A program made the position numbers and the translations under genes. Source: an uncultured bacterium (GTDB lineage Bacteria; Babelota; Babeliae; Babelales; Babelaceae). Taken from it: DNA of 64,000 bases. Shown here in pieces: positions 1 to 9,300 of the stretch. Location of the stretch: the NCBI GenBank assembly GCA_963717435.1, contig OY970332.1, positions 576,001 through 640,000 of the forward strand. The letters run 5' to 3'. The notes under the pieces are model-generated. The model worked only from the letters and a program-made list of their open reading frames with translations, was not told where the DNA came from and ran no database searches. Each line of letters begins with the position of its first letter. Position 1 is the first letter of the stretch.

Positions 1-1
1 A

Positions 2-1117
2 GAAAGAGAAATTGAGCATAAGCAGGCTATTGCTGACAGGTTTAGAGCTTCTGCGTCTCGCGCTCAAATGGCAAAAAACTTAATGAAACAGATTGAAAGA
101 ATAGAGCTTGTCGAAGTTGATTCACCAATGCCCACCGTTAACTTTCATTTCCCAGCGCCAGCCCGTCCAGGAACTGTAATATTAACTTTTAAAAATTTAT
201 CGTTTGGTTTTGGTGGAACAAAACTTTTTCAAAACGTCTCTGGTGAAATTCAACGTGGGGATCGCGTAGCCCTTGTCGCTGCAAATGGTGTTGGTAAAAC
301 CACTTTGATTAACTGCATCGCTGGAAAATATAAGCCTGATACTGGCAATATTAATTTTGGCCACAGCGTTCAGGCTTGTTTTTTCGAACAGGAACAGGCT
401 CTTGTTTTGAACCCAGAAAAAACTGTAGTTGAAGAAGTAACAGATGCTTGCCCAAAATCTACTGAATCGGAGATTAGAAAAATTTTGGGGTCTTTCCAAT
501 TTAGTGGCGATGATGTCTATAAAAAAATCAAAGTATTGAGTGGTGGTGAGAAAAACCGTGTCGCTATGACAAAAGTGTTACTCCAAAGAGCAAATTTTTT
601 GATACTTGATGAACCAACAAACCATTTGGATTTATATTCAAAAGATGTTTTATGTCAGGCTCTTTTGGCATATGAGGGAACAATATTATTCGTATCGCAC
701 GATATTAATTTTGTTAGCCGTCTTGCAACTAAAGTTTTAGAGCTTACCCCAAGCGGAGCTTATCTGTTCCCTGGAACGTATGACGAATTCGTTCAATTTA
801 AACATGATGCTCAGGCTAAACTTGTTGATTCTGAAAACAAATCTCTAAATAACGCCAATTCTTTAAAATCTTCTAAAGCGCCAAAAGAACAATCTCAAGA
901 GCATATTTTGCGGAAAAAAATTTATGAACTTGAGGGGGAAATTTTAAAGCTTGAGAAAGAAGAGAAAAAAATAACTGGAAAAATAGCAGATCTTTCTTAC
1001 GGTACAAAGCAATATGATATTTCTTTGCAGAAGCTTGTTGAGATTCAAAAGGGTTTGGCGGCTATCCAAAAAGATTGGGAAGCCGCGCATCTTGAACTTG
1101 AAAAACTTGGTATTTAA
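2..1117 (+). CDS. ABC-F family ATP-binding protein (5'-truncated by window edge)
   Basis: Frame open from base 2. Second NBD with AANGVGKT, LSGGEKNR and LILDEPTNHLD, followed by a C-terminal coiled coil; no TM segments. Confidence 0.9.
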   Translation, partial: EREIEHKQAIADRFRASASRAQMAKNLMKQIERIELVEVDSPMPTVNFHFPAPARPGTVILTFKNLSFGFGGTKLFQNVSGEIQRGDRVALVAANGVGKTTLINCIAGKYKPDTGNINFGHSVQACFFEQEQALVLNPEKTVVEEVTDACPKSTESEIRKILGSFQFSGDDVYKKIKVLSGGEKNRVAMTKVLLQRANFLILDEPTNHLDLYSKDVLCQALLAYEGTILFVSHDINFVSRLATKVLELTPSGAYLFPGTYDEFVQFKHDAQAKLVDSENKSLNNANSLKSSKAPKEQSQEHILRKKIYELEGEILKLEKEEKKITGKIADLSYGTKQYDISLQKLVEIQKGLAAIQKDWEAAHLELEKLGI

Positions 1118-1120
1118 GCT

Positions 1121-1783
1121 TTATTTCTGATTTTTATCGATAATAAAATAAATCAACAAGCTAATTATTGCTGCAAAAAAGCACCATACTGAACCATAAG
1201 CCAGTCTAAAAAATATTTGGGATATTATAAGCGCTATCGCGGTCAGTAAACCCAGGGCCCACATATATTTTATGCTTGAGATAAACATGGCGCCCGCCGT
1301 TGCGCCTAGATACATAATAAGCCCAATATTTTCTAAGTTGTCTAATATGTCAGTATTTGTAATCTGTTTTATGAAGCTATAACTAATATGGCCATTAAGC
1401 GCTTCTGCTTGCATCCCAAACATGTTCCATAAAATTAAATATGATGTTGCAAAAAATACCCCTGCAAGAGACGCACTAAGCAGCAGAAGTTTTCTGGTTT
1501 TATGTTTTTCAATAAAATACAAATAAATTGGAATTACTGTCGGCCAAACTATACCGGCAAAAAATATAAAGCCAGAAACTGAAAGTTTATGTAATAAGCC
1601 AGAGTTATTGCCTGAATTTAGAGTTAGCCAAACAATTCCCTCTAGTGCCTGTTGTGTCGCAAACAAAATTGGCGCGGCGCTTAATGGCACCAGTTTTTTT
1701 ATTTGATTTTTTTTGATAGTTACCAATCCAATAGTACCCAATATTCCTGCAGATATAAAACTTGCCTGAGCCGAAAAGCACAT
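1121..1783 (-). CDS. Multi-pass membrane protein, DUF6629-like
   Basis: MCFSAQASF N-terminus, QQALEG and SVWCFFAA motifs, about 7 hydrophobic segments. Confidence 0.7.
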   Translation of the reverse strand: MCFSAQASFISAGILGTIGLVTIKKNQIKKLVPLSAAPILFATQQALEGIVWLTLNSGNNSGLLHKLSVSGFIFFAGIVWPTVIPIYLYFIEKHKTRKLLLLSASLAGVFFATSYLILWNMFGMQAEALNGHISYSFIKQITNTDILDNLENIGLIMYLGATAGAMFISSIKYMWALGLLTAIALIISQIFFRLAYGSVWCFFAAIISLLIYFIIDKNQK

Positions 1784-1806
1784 GTGTTCTCCAGTTTTTT
1801 ATCTAT

Positions 1807-2382
1807 TTAAGCCGATATTTTTTTTGCCGCCAAAGACAACATTATCCAGGTCCAACCTGTAAATATTGCATCGATCCCGACAAACATACCGATCACCCAT
1901 AAGCCCGAAACCGGCCACTGTGCCCAGATTAAAAGTCCCAAAGCAGTCGTGATTACACCATTAAGTATTAGCCAATTTTTGTGAGGCACGTGTTTTGCAA
2001 AGGCAAAAATTATTCTTAAAATTCCGGTAACAACAAAGAATATGGACAGTAAAAGTGTTAATGTTATCGCATTAACTAATGGGTTTGAGGTTATGAACAC
2101 CCCGCTAATTATATATAAAACTGCTAAAAACAAGTGCAAAAAGAAGCTGCTCCATTGTGATAGCTTAAAAGCTTTAATTCCCTCAAAAAAGCCCATTATC
2201 GTCAGCAATATTCCCAAATACATAACTGTGAAAAGTGTGCTTTTGTATGAAAATAACAGAGCCAGGGTCCCCAAAATTACTAAACCTATCCCCAATAGCA
2301 AAAACCAGTCAGCGTTTTGTTTAAGTTGTTTTTTTAGGCTCGCTGTTAAAGCTATATCAAGCCCATTATTGTTGTTAGTCAT
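1807..2382 (-). CDS. HdeD/DUF308 family membrane protein
   Basis: About six TM helices in a repeated pattern; WPVSGLWVIGMFVGIDAIFTGW C-terminal motif. Confidence 0.8.
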   Translation of the reverse strand: MTNNNNGLDIALTASLKKQLKQNADWFLLLGIGLVILGTLALLFSYKSTLFTVMYLGILLTIMGFFEGIKAFKLSQWSSFFLHLFLAVLYIISGVFITSNPLVNAITLTLLLSIFFVVTGILRIIFAFAKHVPHKNWLILNGVITTALGLLIWAQWPVSGLWVIGMFVGIDAIFTGWTWIMLSLAAKKISA

Positions 2383-2641
2383 GAAATTCTCCCAATTTAA
2401 AAGATAAAAATAAAAGACAAAATATTAGATATTTTTATCTTAAAATATTTGTTTGCAATAAAGCAACTGAGCAAACAATAATTGCTTGAATGACCCAATC
2501 TCGGGTGTATATTATTTTATATCTGAAATTATGTTGTAAATATTATTGATATTATCGCATGCGTTTTGATACTCTAATATTAGATGGGTGTGTTTTTCAC
2601 TAATGGGGTTAGTTTTTTTATATTTTCAAATGGGGGCGGTT

Positions 2642-3472
2642 ATGAAAAGTTCAAAAATATTAATTTTATTGTTTTCACTAGGGTCTTTTGCGGGCTTAGT
2701 TTGTATGGAAAATAAATCCGTCCCGCGTCCAGAAAGAACTGATAAAAACACAGAAAATCTGGGCTCATTTGGTCAACTTCCTGATGAAATTATTTTAACT
2801 ATCGCTTTACAAATTTTGGATCAAACTGATTCAAAAAAAGCTTATCAAGACTTAGTGAATTTATCTAAGGCCAACACGTATATTTATAAGCTTATAAAGT
2901 CAGCAGAAACTGAAAAAGATTCTGGTGCAAAAATCAAAAAAATCAAAGAAGAAACCCAAAAAGCAGTTAAGGCTCTTGAAGTCTATGTTTTGGAGGGGCA
3001 AACTAAAGCTGTAAATGGGCTTGAGATTTCTTTCCCACAAGATATTTATGAGATCAAGCAGTCAGCCAGGAGTTTGGTTAAAGAGGCTTTGCGCGAAGAA
3101 GATAAAGATATACAAGTTTTGTCGCCAGAGCGTTTAAGTTTATACACGCAAATATATATTGCCGCCCAATTCAATTACTTTGTTCTATTCGAGAAATATA
3201 TTTCAGATCTTATGAGTTTAGAAATACGCGAAAAAAACTATAAAGAGTACGATAAAATATTTTTCACCAAATTGTTGGAACATGTCATATCTAGAATTTA
3301 CGAACATCCTAAGTCTGAAAATAACGTGCTCAAGAAAGCAGCCGGTTTGCTTTTGAAAAATGGTGCAAAAATAACTACAAAAGTTCATGAAATGGCGAAT
3401 AAGAATCCAGAAATTAAAGCACTTATCACTGTCGCCAATAAAAAACGCCTAGAAAAAATTAATGAGCTTTAA
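2642..3472 (+). CDS. Secreted hypothetical protein with F-box-like motif
   Basis: Signal peptide MKSSKILILLFSLGSFAGLVC, then FGQLPDEIILTIALQIL (LPxEI F-box-like); ankyrin-like tail LLLKNGAK. Start chosen at ATG 2642. Confidence 0.55.
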   Translation: MKSSKILILLFSLGSFAGLVCMENKSVPRPERTDKNTENLGSFGQLPDEIILTIALQILDQTDSKKAYQDLVNLSKANTYIYKLIKSAETEKDSGAKIKKIKEETQKAVKALEVYVLEGQTKAVNGLEISFPQDIYEIKQSARSLVKEALREEDKDIQVLSPERLSLYTQIYIAAQFNYFVLFEKYISDLMSLEIREKNYKEYDKIFFTKLLEHVISRIYEHPKSENNVLKKAAGLLLKNGAKITTKVHEMANKNPEIKALITVANKKRLEKINEL

Positions 3473-3968
3473 GATCTTCTATAATTTCTTGGGTTGCTAA
3501 GTTAAATAGCTCAGCCAATTTGGCGTTTCCAAATTTTTCGTAATAGTTTTTTATAGAAAACTCACCGGCTTGGGATATCCAATCATCAACTATAGCTATA
3601 ATTTCTTTGTGATACAGGAGCATGCAATAGTCGTTATTGCCGAAATTATTTTTCAAAATTTTCTGCGACCCAGACTGTGAATATCTTATTAAATTGATGC
3701 ATTTTCTATGGGCATAGAGACCGTGCATGTGGGGCCAAACTCTTTTTGATTCTCTCCAATCCAAACTTGTGCTTTTGCAGATTCCGCAGCAGCCCGCGTT
3801 ATATTCTACAGAGCATAGGGCGTCTTGTCCTGTTGTTGAGCTATTATTAAGCGTCGAATCATTATCAGCTGAGTCAGTAAGAATTTTGCAATCAGAACCT
3901 ACGCTTGAAATTTTTGTAAAAAAAATAATAAAGACGACAAAGATATATTTATAAATATTTTTTTTCAT
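3459..3968 (-). CDS. Secreted hypothetical protein with degenerate RING-like Cys/His cluster
   Basis: N-terminal signal peptide; CGIC...HMHGLYAHRKCI pattern, lacking the final CxxC. Confidence 0.5.
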   Translation of the reverse strand: MKKNIYKYIFVVFIIFFTKISSVGSDCKILTDSADNDSTLNNSSTTGQDALCSVEYNAGCCGICKSTSLDWRESKRVWPHMHGLYAHRKCINLIRYSQSGSQKILKNNFGNNDYCMLLYHKEIIAIVDDWISQAGEFSIKNYYEKFGNAKLAELFNLATQEIIEDLKAH

Positions 3969-4115
3969 GGAATACTTTCGTTTTAAATAGATTATTTTTT
4001 TGATTATTTTTTGATGATTGTTTGCTTAGTATATAATAATTTCAATTAGATTTATAATATTTACTATAAAAACGCTTAAAATATTAGTACCAATGCAGTT
4101 ATTCAGGAAGGTTGA

Positions 4116-4886
4116 GTGGTGGAAAATCTTAGTTTCGTTTTGAACTGGAAAATGGGAAAAAGTTATTCAGATACAATTTTTTGGCTGAGTGAAAATAGAT
4201 TAAATCTTTTGAAGTTAGCTAGAAAAACTGGACATGAGTTTGTTTTGTGCCCCTCTTTTGAAAGTTTGGAATCAGCAGTTAAAACATTGGCAGAAACAGG
4301 AATTAAAATTGGTGCGCAAGACTGCTCCAGCTATAATTTGGGCGCTTATACAGGTGAAGTGTCTGCAGTATCGCTTAAAGAAGTGGGTTGTGATTATTGC
4401 ATTATAGGGCACAGTGAGCGGCGCCATATTTTTGGCCAGACCAGCTTGGATGTTGCAAAGAAAGCTAAGCTGCTTTTTGAAAATAATATTATGCCAATAA
4501 TCTGTGTTGGTGAAACTGAAGACGAAAAAAAAGACGGTCTGACTTTCGAAGTCATATCCCAGCAACTTGACCCAATTATGGAAATAATTGCTATAGATAA
4601 AATTGGCAAAGACAAGATTAAGACTCTTGTAATAGCCTATGAACCGGTCTGGGCGATTGGGACAGGAAATGTTCCTGATCTTGCTTATCTTAATAAGATT
4701 GTAACTTGGCTGGAAGCTTATTTTAGTGTTTCTGCTCCTGGGCTAAAGACAAAAATATTATATGGTGGTAGTATAGATCCTGAAACCGTCAAGCGTGTAT
4801 CACAGGCCCGAGCTATCTCTGGATTCTTAGTTGGCAGGGCATCGCTAGATTTTCAAACCATAGAAAAAATTGTATTATCTATATAG
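4116..4886 (+). CDS. tpiA: Triosephosphate isomerase
   Basis: NWKM, GAYTGEVS, GHSERR, AYEPVWAIGTG and LYGGS motifs. Confidence 0.97.
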   Translation: MVENLSFVLNWKMGKSYSDTIFWLSENRLNLLKLARKTGHEFVLCPSFESLESAVKTLAETGIKIGAQDCSSYNLGAYTGEVSAVSLKEVGCDYCIIGHSERRHIFGQTSLDVAKKAKLLFENNIMPIICVGETEDEKKDGLTFEVISQQLDPIMEIIAIDKIGKDKIKTLVIAYEPVWAIGTGNVPDLAYLNKIVTWLEAYFSVSAPGLKTKILYGGSIDPETVKRVSQARAISGFLVGRASLDFQTIEKIVLSI

Positions 4887-4911
4887 TAATTTTACTTTAA
4901 AGGGTTTTAAC

Positions 4912-5259
4912 ATGTTGTACGGAATTTTATTAGGTTTTTATGTTTTCGCGTGTCTGATTCTGGCACTTCTTGTCATGATTCAAAAAAGCAAAAGCAGCTT
5001 AGGACTAGGTAATATCGGTGGTGCCACGCAAACGTTATTTGGGGGATCTGGCGGACAAGATTTGTTTCAAAAGATCACTTGGGCGCTTGGAGCGGTATTT
5101 ATGTTGGGCGCTTTGGTGCTTGGCTATATGAAATCAAATCAGGTTTCAGAATCTAAATATATAGCAAATATTAAGCCTATAGTTGCTCAAGAGGCGCCAG
5201 TGGTTCCTGGAGATCTGGACACAGAAAGCTTGCCAGCAGAACAGTCCCAAGCAGAATAA
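4912..5259 (+). CDS. secG: Preprotein translocase subunit SecG
   Basis: Two TM helices with IQKSKSSLGLG...LFGGSGGQDLFQKITW loop; classic position after tpiA. Start at ATG 4912. Confidence 0.9.
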   Translation: MLYGILLGFYVFACLILALLVMIQKSKSSLGLGNIGGATQTLFGGSGGQDLFQKITWALGAVFMLGALVLGYMKSNQVSESKYIANIKPIVAQEAPVVPGDLDTESLPAEQSQAE

Positions 5260-5268
5260 TTTGGGTTT

Positions 5269-6060
5269 ATGATTTTAAAATTTATAGATAAATTAGGCAA
5301 AGTTGCCCTGAGTTTTATGACGACTTTGGGCGACTTTGTTATTTTTTTGTTTATTTCTCTCAAGACTATGTTCTCAACTCCATTAAAAGTTAAGCAGCTT
5401 TTTATCCAGATGGAAAGCATAGGGGTTGGTGGATTTCCGATTGTTGTTTTGACAGGATTTGGAACAGGACTTGTTTTGGCTCTTCAGACTTATATTGGGT
5501 TCAAAAAATTTGGCACCGAAGATCTTATTGGTGTAGTTGTTTCTATGGGGATGGCAAGAGAATTGGGGCCCATATTAACAGGTCTTATGGTAACAGGAAG
5601 ATCCGGCTCTGCGATGTCTGCTGAGCTTGGAACCATGAGAATCACTGAACAAGTTGACGCATTAAAAACTCTTTGCATAGACCCTTATCAATATTTAATT
5701 GTTCCCCGACTTCTTGCAAGTACAATTATTTTGCCCTTTTTGACTATGTTCTCTGTGGTATTTGGAATTCTTGGCGGATATATTTACTGCGTCTATCAAC
5801 TTGATATTAATCCTGAAGATTATATGTCCGGGATCAGGCAATATCTTGAAATGGCTGATATTATTAACGGCTTAATAAAATCCTGTGTTTTTGGATTAAT
5901 ACTTTCTTGGGTTGGGACATATTGTGGATATAAAACAACAAAAGGCGGAGCAAGAGCCGTGGGGATTTCTACAACCCAGAGTGTTGTTGTCGGATCGGTT
6001 TTGATATTAATAGCAGATTACTTTTTGAGCGCAATTTTATTTAACACCGGTGTTTCATGA
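5269..6060 (+). CDS. mlaE: MlaE family ABC permease
   Basis: RELGPILTGLMVTGRSGSAMSAELGTMRITEQVDAL motif. Confidence 0.93.
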   Translation: MILKFIDKLGKVALSFMTTLGDFVIFLFISLKTMFSTPLKVKQLFIQMESIGVGGFPIVVLTGFGTGLVLALQTYIGFKKFGTEDLIGVVVSMGMARELGPILTGLMVTGRSGSAMSAELGTMRITEQVDALKTLCIDPYQYLIVPRLLASTIILPFLTMFSVVFGILGGYIYCVYQLDINPEDYMSGIRQYLEMADIINGLIKSCVFGLILSWVGTYCGYKTTKGGARAVGISTTQSVVVGSVLILIADYFLSAILFNTGVS

Positions 6061-6824
6061 TAGAGCTGATTAATCTAAAAAAAAGATTTGATGATCGTTG
6101 GGTCACCAACGGCATAAATTTAACTATTCCTGAAGGCAAGATCACTTGTATTATTGGCGGTTCTGGTGAAGGCAAATCTGTATTATTAAAACAGATTATA
6201 GGCATTATAAAGCCAACTTCAGGTTCTATTATTATTGACGGTGTTGATATAACAAAAATAAAAGACAAGCAGTTAGCGGATATATTTCGTAAGTGCGGGT
6301 ATGTGTTTCAGTTTGCTGCACTTTTAGATTCTCTTACAGTATTTGAAAATGTGGGGTTAACTTTATTGGAGCATGGCGTCTCTAAAGAAGATGCTTTACC
6401 AATAGTTAAAGAAAAATTGGCGCTTGTAAATTTGAGTGAAAATATATTACACAAATATCCATCTGAGCTTTCAGGCGGAATGCGCAAAAGAGTTGGTTTT
6501 GCAAGAACTTTGGTAACAAATCCATCTATAATTTTGTATGATGAGCCAACAACGGGATTAGATCCAATAACCTCAAGAATTGTTCATGAACTTATGTATG
6601 ATATGCAACAAAAATTAAATGTTACGTCCGTTGTTATATCCCATGACGTGGAAATTTTTAAATATGTGGATTATATTGCTCTTTTACATAAAGGTGAAAT
6701 TAAATTTTTTGGTGAAGCTGATAAAATTTGGGAATCGACAAATCCATATATATATCAATTTATAAGAGGGCTGGCTGACGGCCCGATCGAAACAGAATTA
6801 GCATATAAAAATAAACTAATCTAA
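6057..6824 (+). CDS. mlaF: MlaF family ABC ATP-binding protein
   Basis: GGSGEGKS, ELSGGMRKRV and YDEPTTGLDP; ATGA overlap with mlaE. Confidence 0.9.
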   Translation: MIELINLKKRFDDRWVTNGINLTIPEGKITCIIGGSGEGKSVLLKQIIGIIKPTSGSIIIDGVDITKIKDKQLADIFRKCGYVFQFAALLDSLTVFENVGLTLLEHGVSKEDALPIVKEKLALVNLSENILHKYPSELSGGMRKRVGFARTLVTNPSIILYDEPTTGLDPITSRIVHELMYDMQQKLNVTSVVISHDVEIFKYVDYIALLHKGEIKFFGEADKIWESTNPYIYQFIRGLADGPIETELAYKNKLI

Positions 6825-6838
6825 AAGGGGTAATTCTT

Positions 6839-7816
6839 ATGTTAGAAACAATAGATCAAGAAAAGTTACAGAAAATCAGCACAGATTTTCAAAAGTTAAC
6901 TGAGGAAGTTGGCAAAATTATTGTTGGCCAATCTGAGATAACAAATTTTATTTTGCTAGGTATCTTGTGCAACGGGCATATTCTGCTTGAGGGCGTTCCT
7001 GGTGTTGCAAAGACCACTATGATAAAAGCTATCACCAAAGCTTTGGGTTTAGAGTTTAAGCGAATACAGTTTACTCCAGACTTACTTCCGGCTGATTTGA
7101 TTGGCACATTAATTTATAATCCCAAGATCCAAGATTTTGAAACAAAAAAAGGGCCAATATTTGCAAACTTAATTTTGGCTGACGAAATTAATAGAGCGCC
7201 AGCTAAAGTGCAAGCAGCTCTATTGGAAGCAATGCAGGAACATCAAGTTACTATTGGTTCAGAAACTCACAAGCTTGATGAGCCGTTTATAGTTTTTGCG
7301 ACACAGAATCCGTTAGAGCAAGAGGGTACTTATAGATTGCCTGAGGCTCAAGTTGATAGGTTTATGTTTAAGCTGATTGTCGATTATCCATCACGATCTC
7401 AAGAAAAAGAGATAGTTTTAAAAACTCTTGATTTAAACAGAATAGATCAAGTTATTAATAAAAAAGAGATATTTAACGCCCAAAAACTTGTTGATGAAAT
7501 TTATATCGACGACAAAGTTGTAAATTATATAGTCGATATAGTTTTTGCAACAAGATCGCCAGAATCTTTTGGTCTTTCAAAATTAAAAAACTATATTAAA
7601 TACGGTGTTTCTCCACGAGCAACACTTGCTATTTTTCACGCAGCCAAAGCACAAGCATTTTTGAAAAAGCGTAGCTTTGTTATTCCTGATGATGTAAAAT
7701 TTGTTTGTCAGCCAATCTTGCGACATAGATTAATTTTGACTTATGAAGCAGAAGCTGAAAACATTTTGCCTGATACAATAATTTCGCAAATAATTTCAAA
7801 AATACCGTGTCCATAA
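6839..7816 (+). CDS. MoxR family AAA+ ATPase
   Basis: EGVPGVAKT, RIQFTPDLLPAD, LADEINRAPAK and ATQNPLEQEGTYRLPEAQVDRF. Confidence 0.95.
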   Translation: MLETIDQEKLQKISTDFQKLTEEVGKIIVGQSEITNFILLGILCNGHILLEGVPGVAKTTMIKAITKALGLEFKRIQFTPDLLPADLIGTLIYNPKIQDFETKKGPIFANLILADEINRAPAKVQAALLEAMQEHQVTIGSETHKLDEPFIVFATQNPLEQEGTYRLPEAQVDRFMFKLIVDYPSRSQEKEIVLKTLDLNRIDQVINKKEIFNAQKLVDEIYIDDKVVNYIVDIVFATRSPESFGLSKLKNYIKYGVSPRATLAIFHAAKAQAFLKKRSFVIPDDVKFVCQPILRHRLILTYEAEAENILPDTIISQIISKIPCP

Positions 7817-7841
7817 AATCTTTAATTTGAGGGTTTATAAC

Positions 7842-8312
7842 GTGATTAAATATAGTAGATTGTTTTTAGTAATTATTCTTTTTATCTTATCGGTCGCACC
7901 AGTCTACGCCCATTCGGATACCACATCAAACACAGCCAATTCGGATATTAAGATAGTCTATGTTTTGGATGAAGATAGCTGTGAGGATAGTTATGAGGGG
8001 ATGGCGCGCATGAGGGGTGGTGCTGGGGATGAGGATAGTGATGATGATATTTATAATGAGTATATGAATCGCAATCGCGGTCTAGAAGAGAGTGAGCCTC
8101 AAGATAAATTTCCCAGTAAGAACGATCAGAAGAGAAATCCCCGTGACATAGTTTTGTCACTGATTCAATCCCCTTTGGATCCTAAAAAATTCGAGTCAAA
8201 AAAATTAAAATCTCTGACACATGTTTTTAAAAATTTAAAAACTAAAATAAAAAATGTTTTTAAAATATCTAGGGCTAGAAATTACGAATTTAGTGACCAA
8301 GTAATAAATTAA
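7842..8312 (+). CDS. Secreted hypothetical protein, acidic, with RMRGG motif
   Basis: GTG start 7842 after GAGGG; signal peptide ending APVYA; acidic tract. Confidence 0.55.
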   Translation: MIKYSRLFLVIILFILSVAPVYAHSDTTSNTANSDIKIVYVLDEDSCEDSYEGMARMRGGAGDEDSDDDIYNEYMNRNRGLEESEPQDKFPSKNDQKRNPRDIVLSLIQSPLDPKKFESKKLKSLTHVFKNLKTKIKNVFKISRARNYEFSDQVIN

Positions 8313-8334
8313 AATTTAATTTGGGAGTTTATAT

Positions 8335-8691
8335 ATGAAAAAGTTTTTATTTTCTCTATTATCGCATCTTTCACTTATGGTCTGTATTGATATAATATCT
8401 TTTCCAATTGAAGATAGATCTGAGACTGAAAGACGTAAAGTTACTACGAATATTGAGGTTCTTAAAGCAATACAATCGTTGAAATGTGAAAATAATAAAA
8501 AAAATCAGGTTAACCCTGCCCGGGTAGGTATTAAAGATGAAGTGACGGATAATGATTGCGTAATCTGTTATGAAAAAATTAACAAATTTCCAAAAAAATT
8601 ATCTTGTAGTCATAATCAATTTCATGCACAATGTTTTGCTAAGTGGTTGGAAGAGCAGGCGACTTGTCCTCTCTGTAGACATGAGTTATAA
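8335..8691 (+). CDS. Secreted RING-H2 finger protein (putative E3 ubiquitin ligase mimic)
   Basis: Signal peptide; complete C3H2C3 set CVIC-x12-CSH-x3-HAQC-x10-CPLC with conserved Trp. Confidence 0.85.
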   Translation: MKKFLFSLLSHLSLMVCIDIISFPIEDRSETERRKVTTNIEVLKAIQSLKCENNKKNQVNPARVGIKDEVTDNDCVICYEKINKFPKKLSCSHNQFHAQCFAKWLEEQATCPLCRHEL

Positions 8692-8740
8692 GAAAGTTAT
8701 ACCTGGTAATAAATTAAAATTTAATTTGGGAGTTTGGACT

Positions 8741-9187
8741 ATGCTTAAATATAGTAGATTATTTTTAGTGATATTAATCTTTGGTGCATATAAAAATTCA
8801 CTATGTACCAAAAAGAAGAAAGAAAATTGGCACAATCTTTTGGTTGAAGACAAACCCACAACTCCTGCGGCAAAAGTTTGCTATTACCTTGAAAAAATGA
8901 ATATTAATTACGAAGGTGAAGAGAAAAAGTTTTTGATCGATCTTGATGATCTTTCTGCTGAAAGCATACTTGTCTTGCTATCCAATCCGCAGAATTCTGC
9001 GTTGAAAAACCGTCTTGAAGATATCTATCTAAATAAGTGCTCCAAAATTGACAGGATCAAATATAAGTTGTTTGGTACCCCCGAATACGAAGATAATACT
9101 GGGCTGATTATGGCAATGGTGCTTAAAAAAAAGCCCCAAAAAAGTGTCCCTGGATTTTTTGAACGATGGGCGGATAAGCATAATTAA
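8741..9187 (+). CDS. Secreted hypothetical protein
   Basis: ATG 8741 after GGGAG; signal peptide MLKYSRLFLVILIFG similar to that of the 7842 ORF. Confidence 0.55.
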   Translation: MLKYSRLFLVILIFGAYKNSLCTKKKKENWHNLLVEDKPTTPAAKVCYYLEKMNINYEGEEKKFLIDLDDLSAESILVLLSNPQNSALKNRLEDIYLNKCSKIDRIKYKLFGTPEYEDNTGLIMAMVLKKKPQKSVPGFFERWADKHN

Positions 9188-9300
9188 AAGAATAGTTTTT
9201 TGTAAAATTATTTCTGTTATAATTATTAGTAATAAATGCGGGAGTTAAAGCAATTTGTATAAAAAAATTATATGTGTTTTGACTTGCAAAGGGTTTTGTT

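Noticed and set aside
8570-8740. Long start of the 8570..9187 ORF
   Set aside because: It overlaps the RING gene; the RBS and signal peptide point to ATG 8741.
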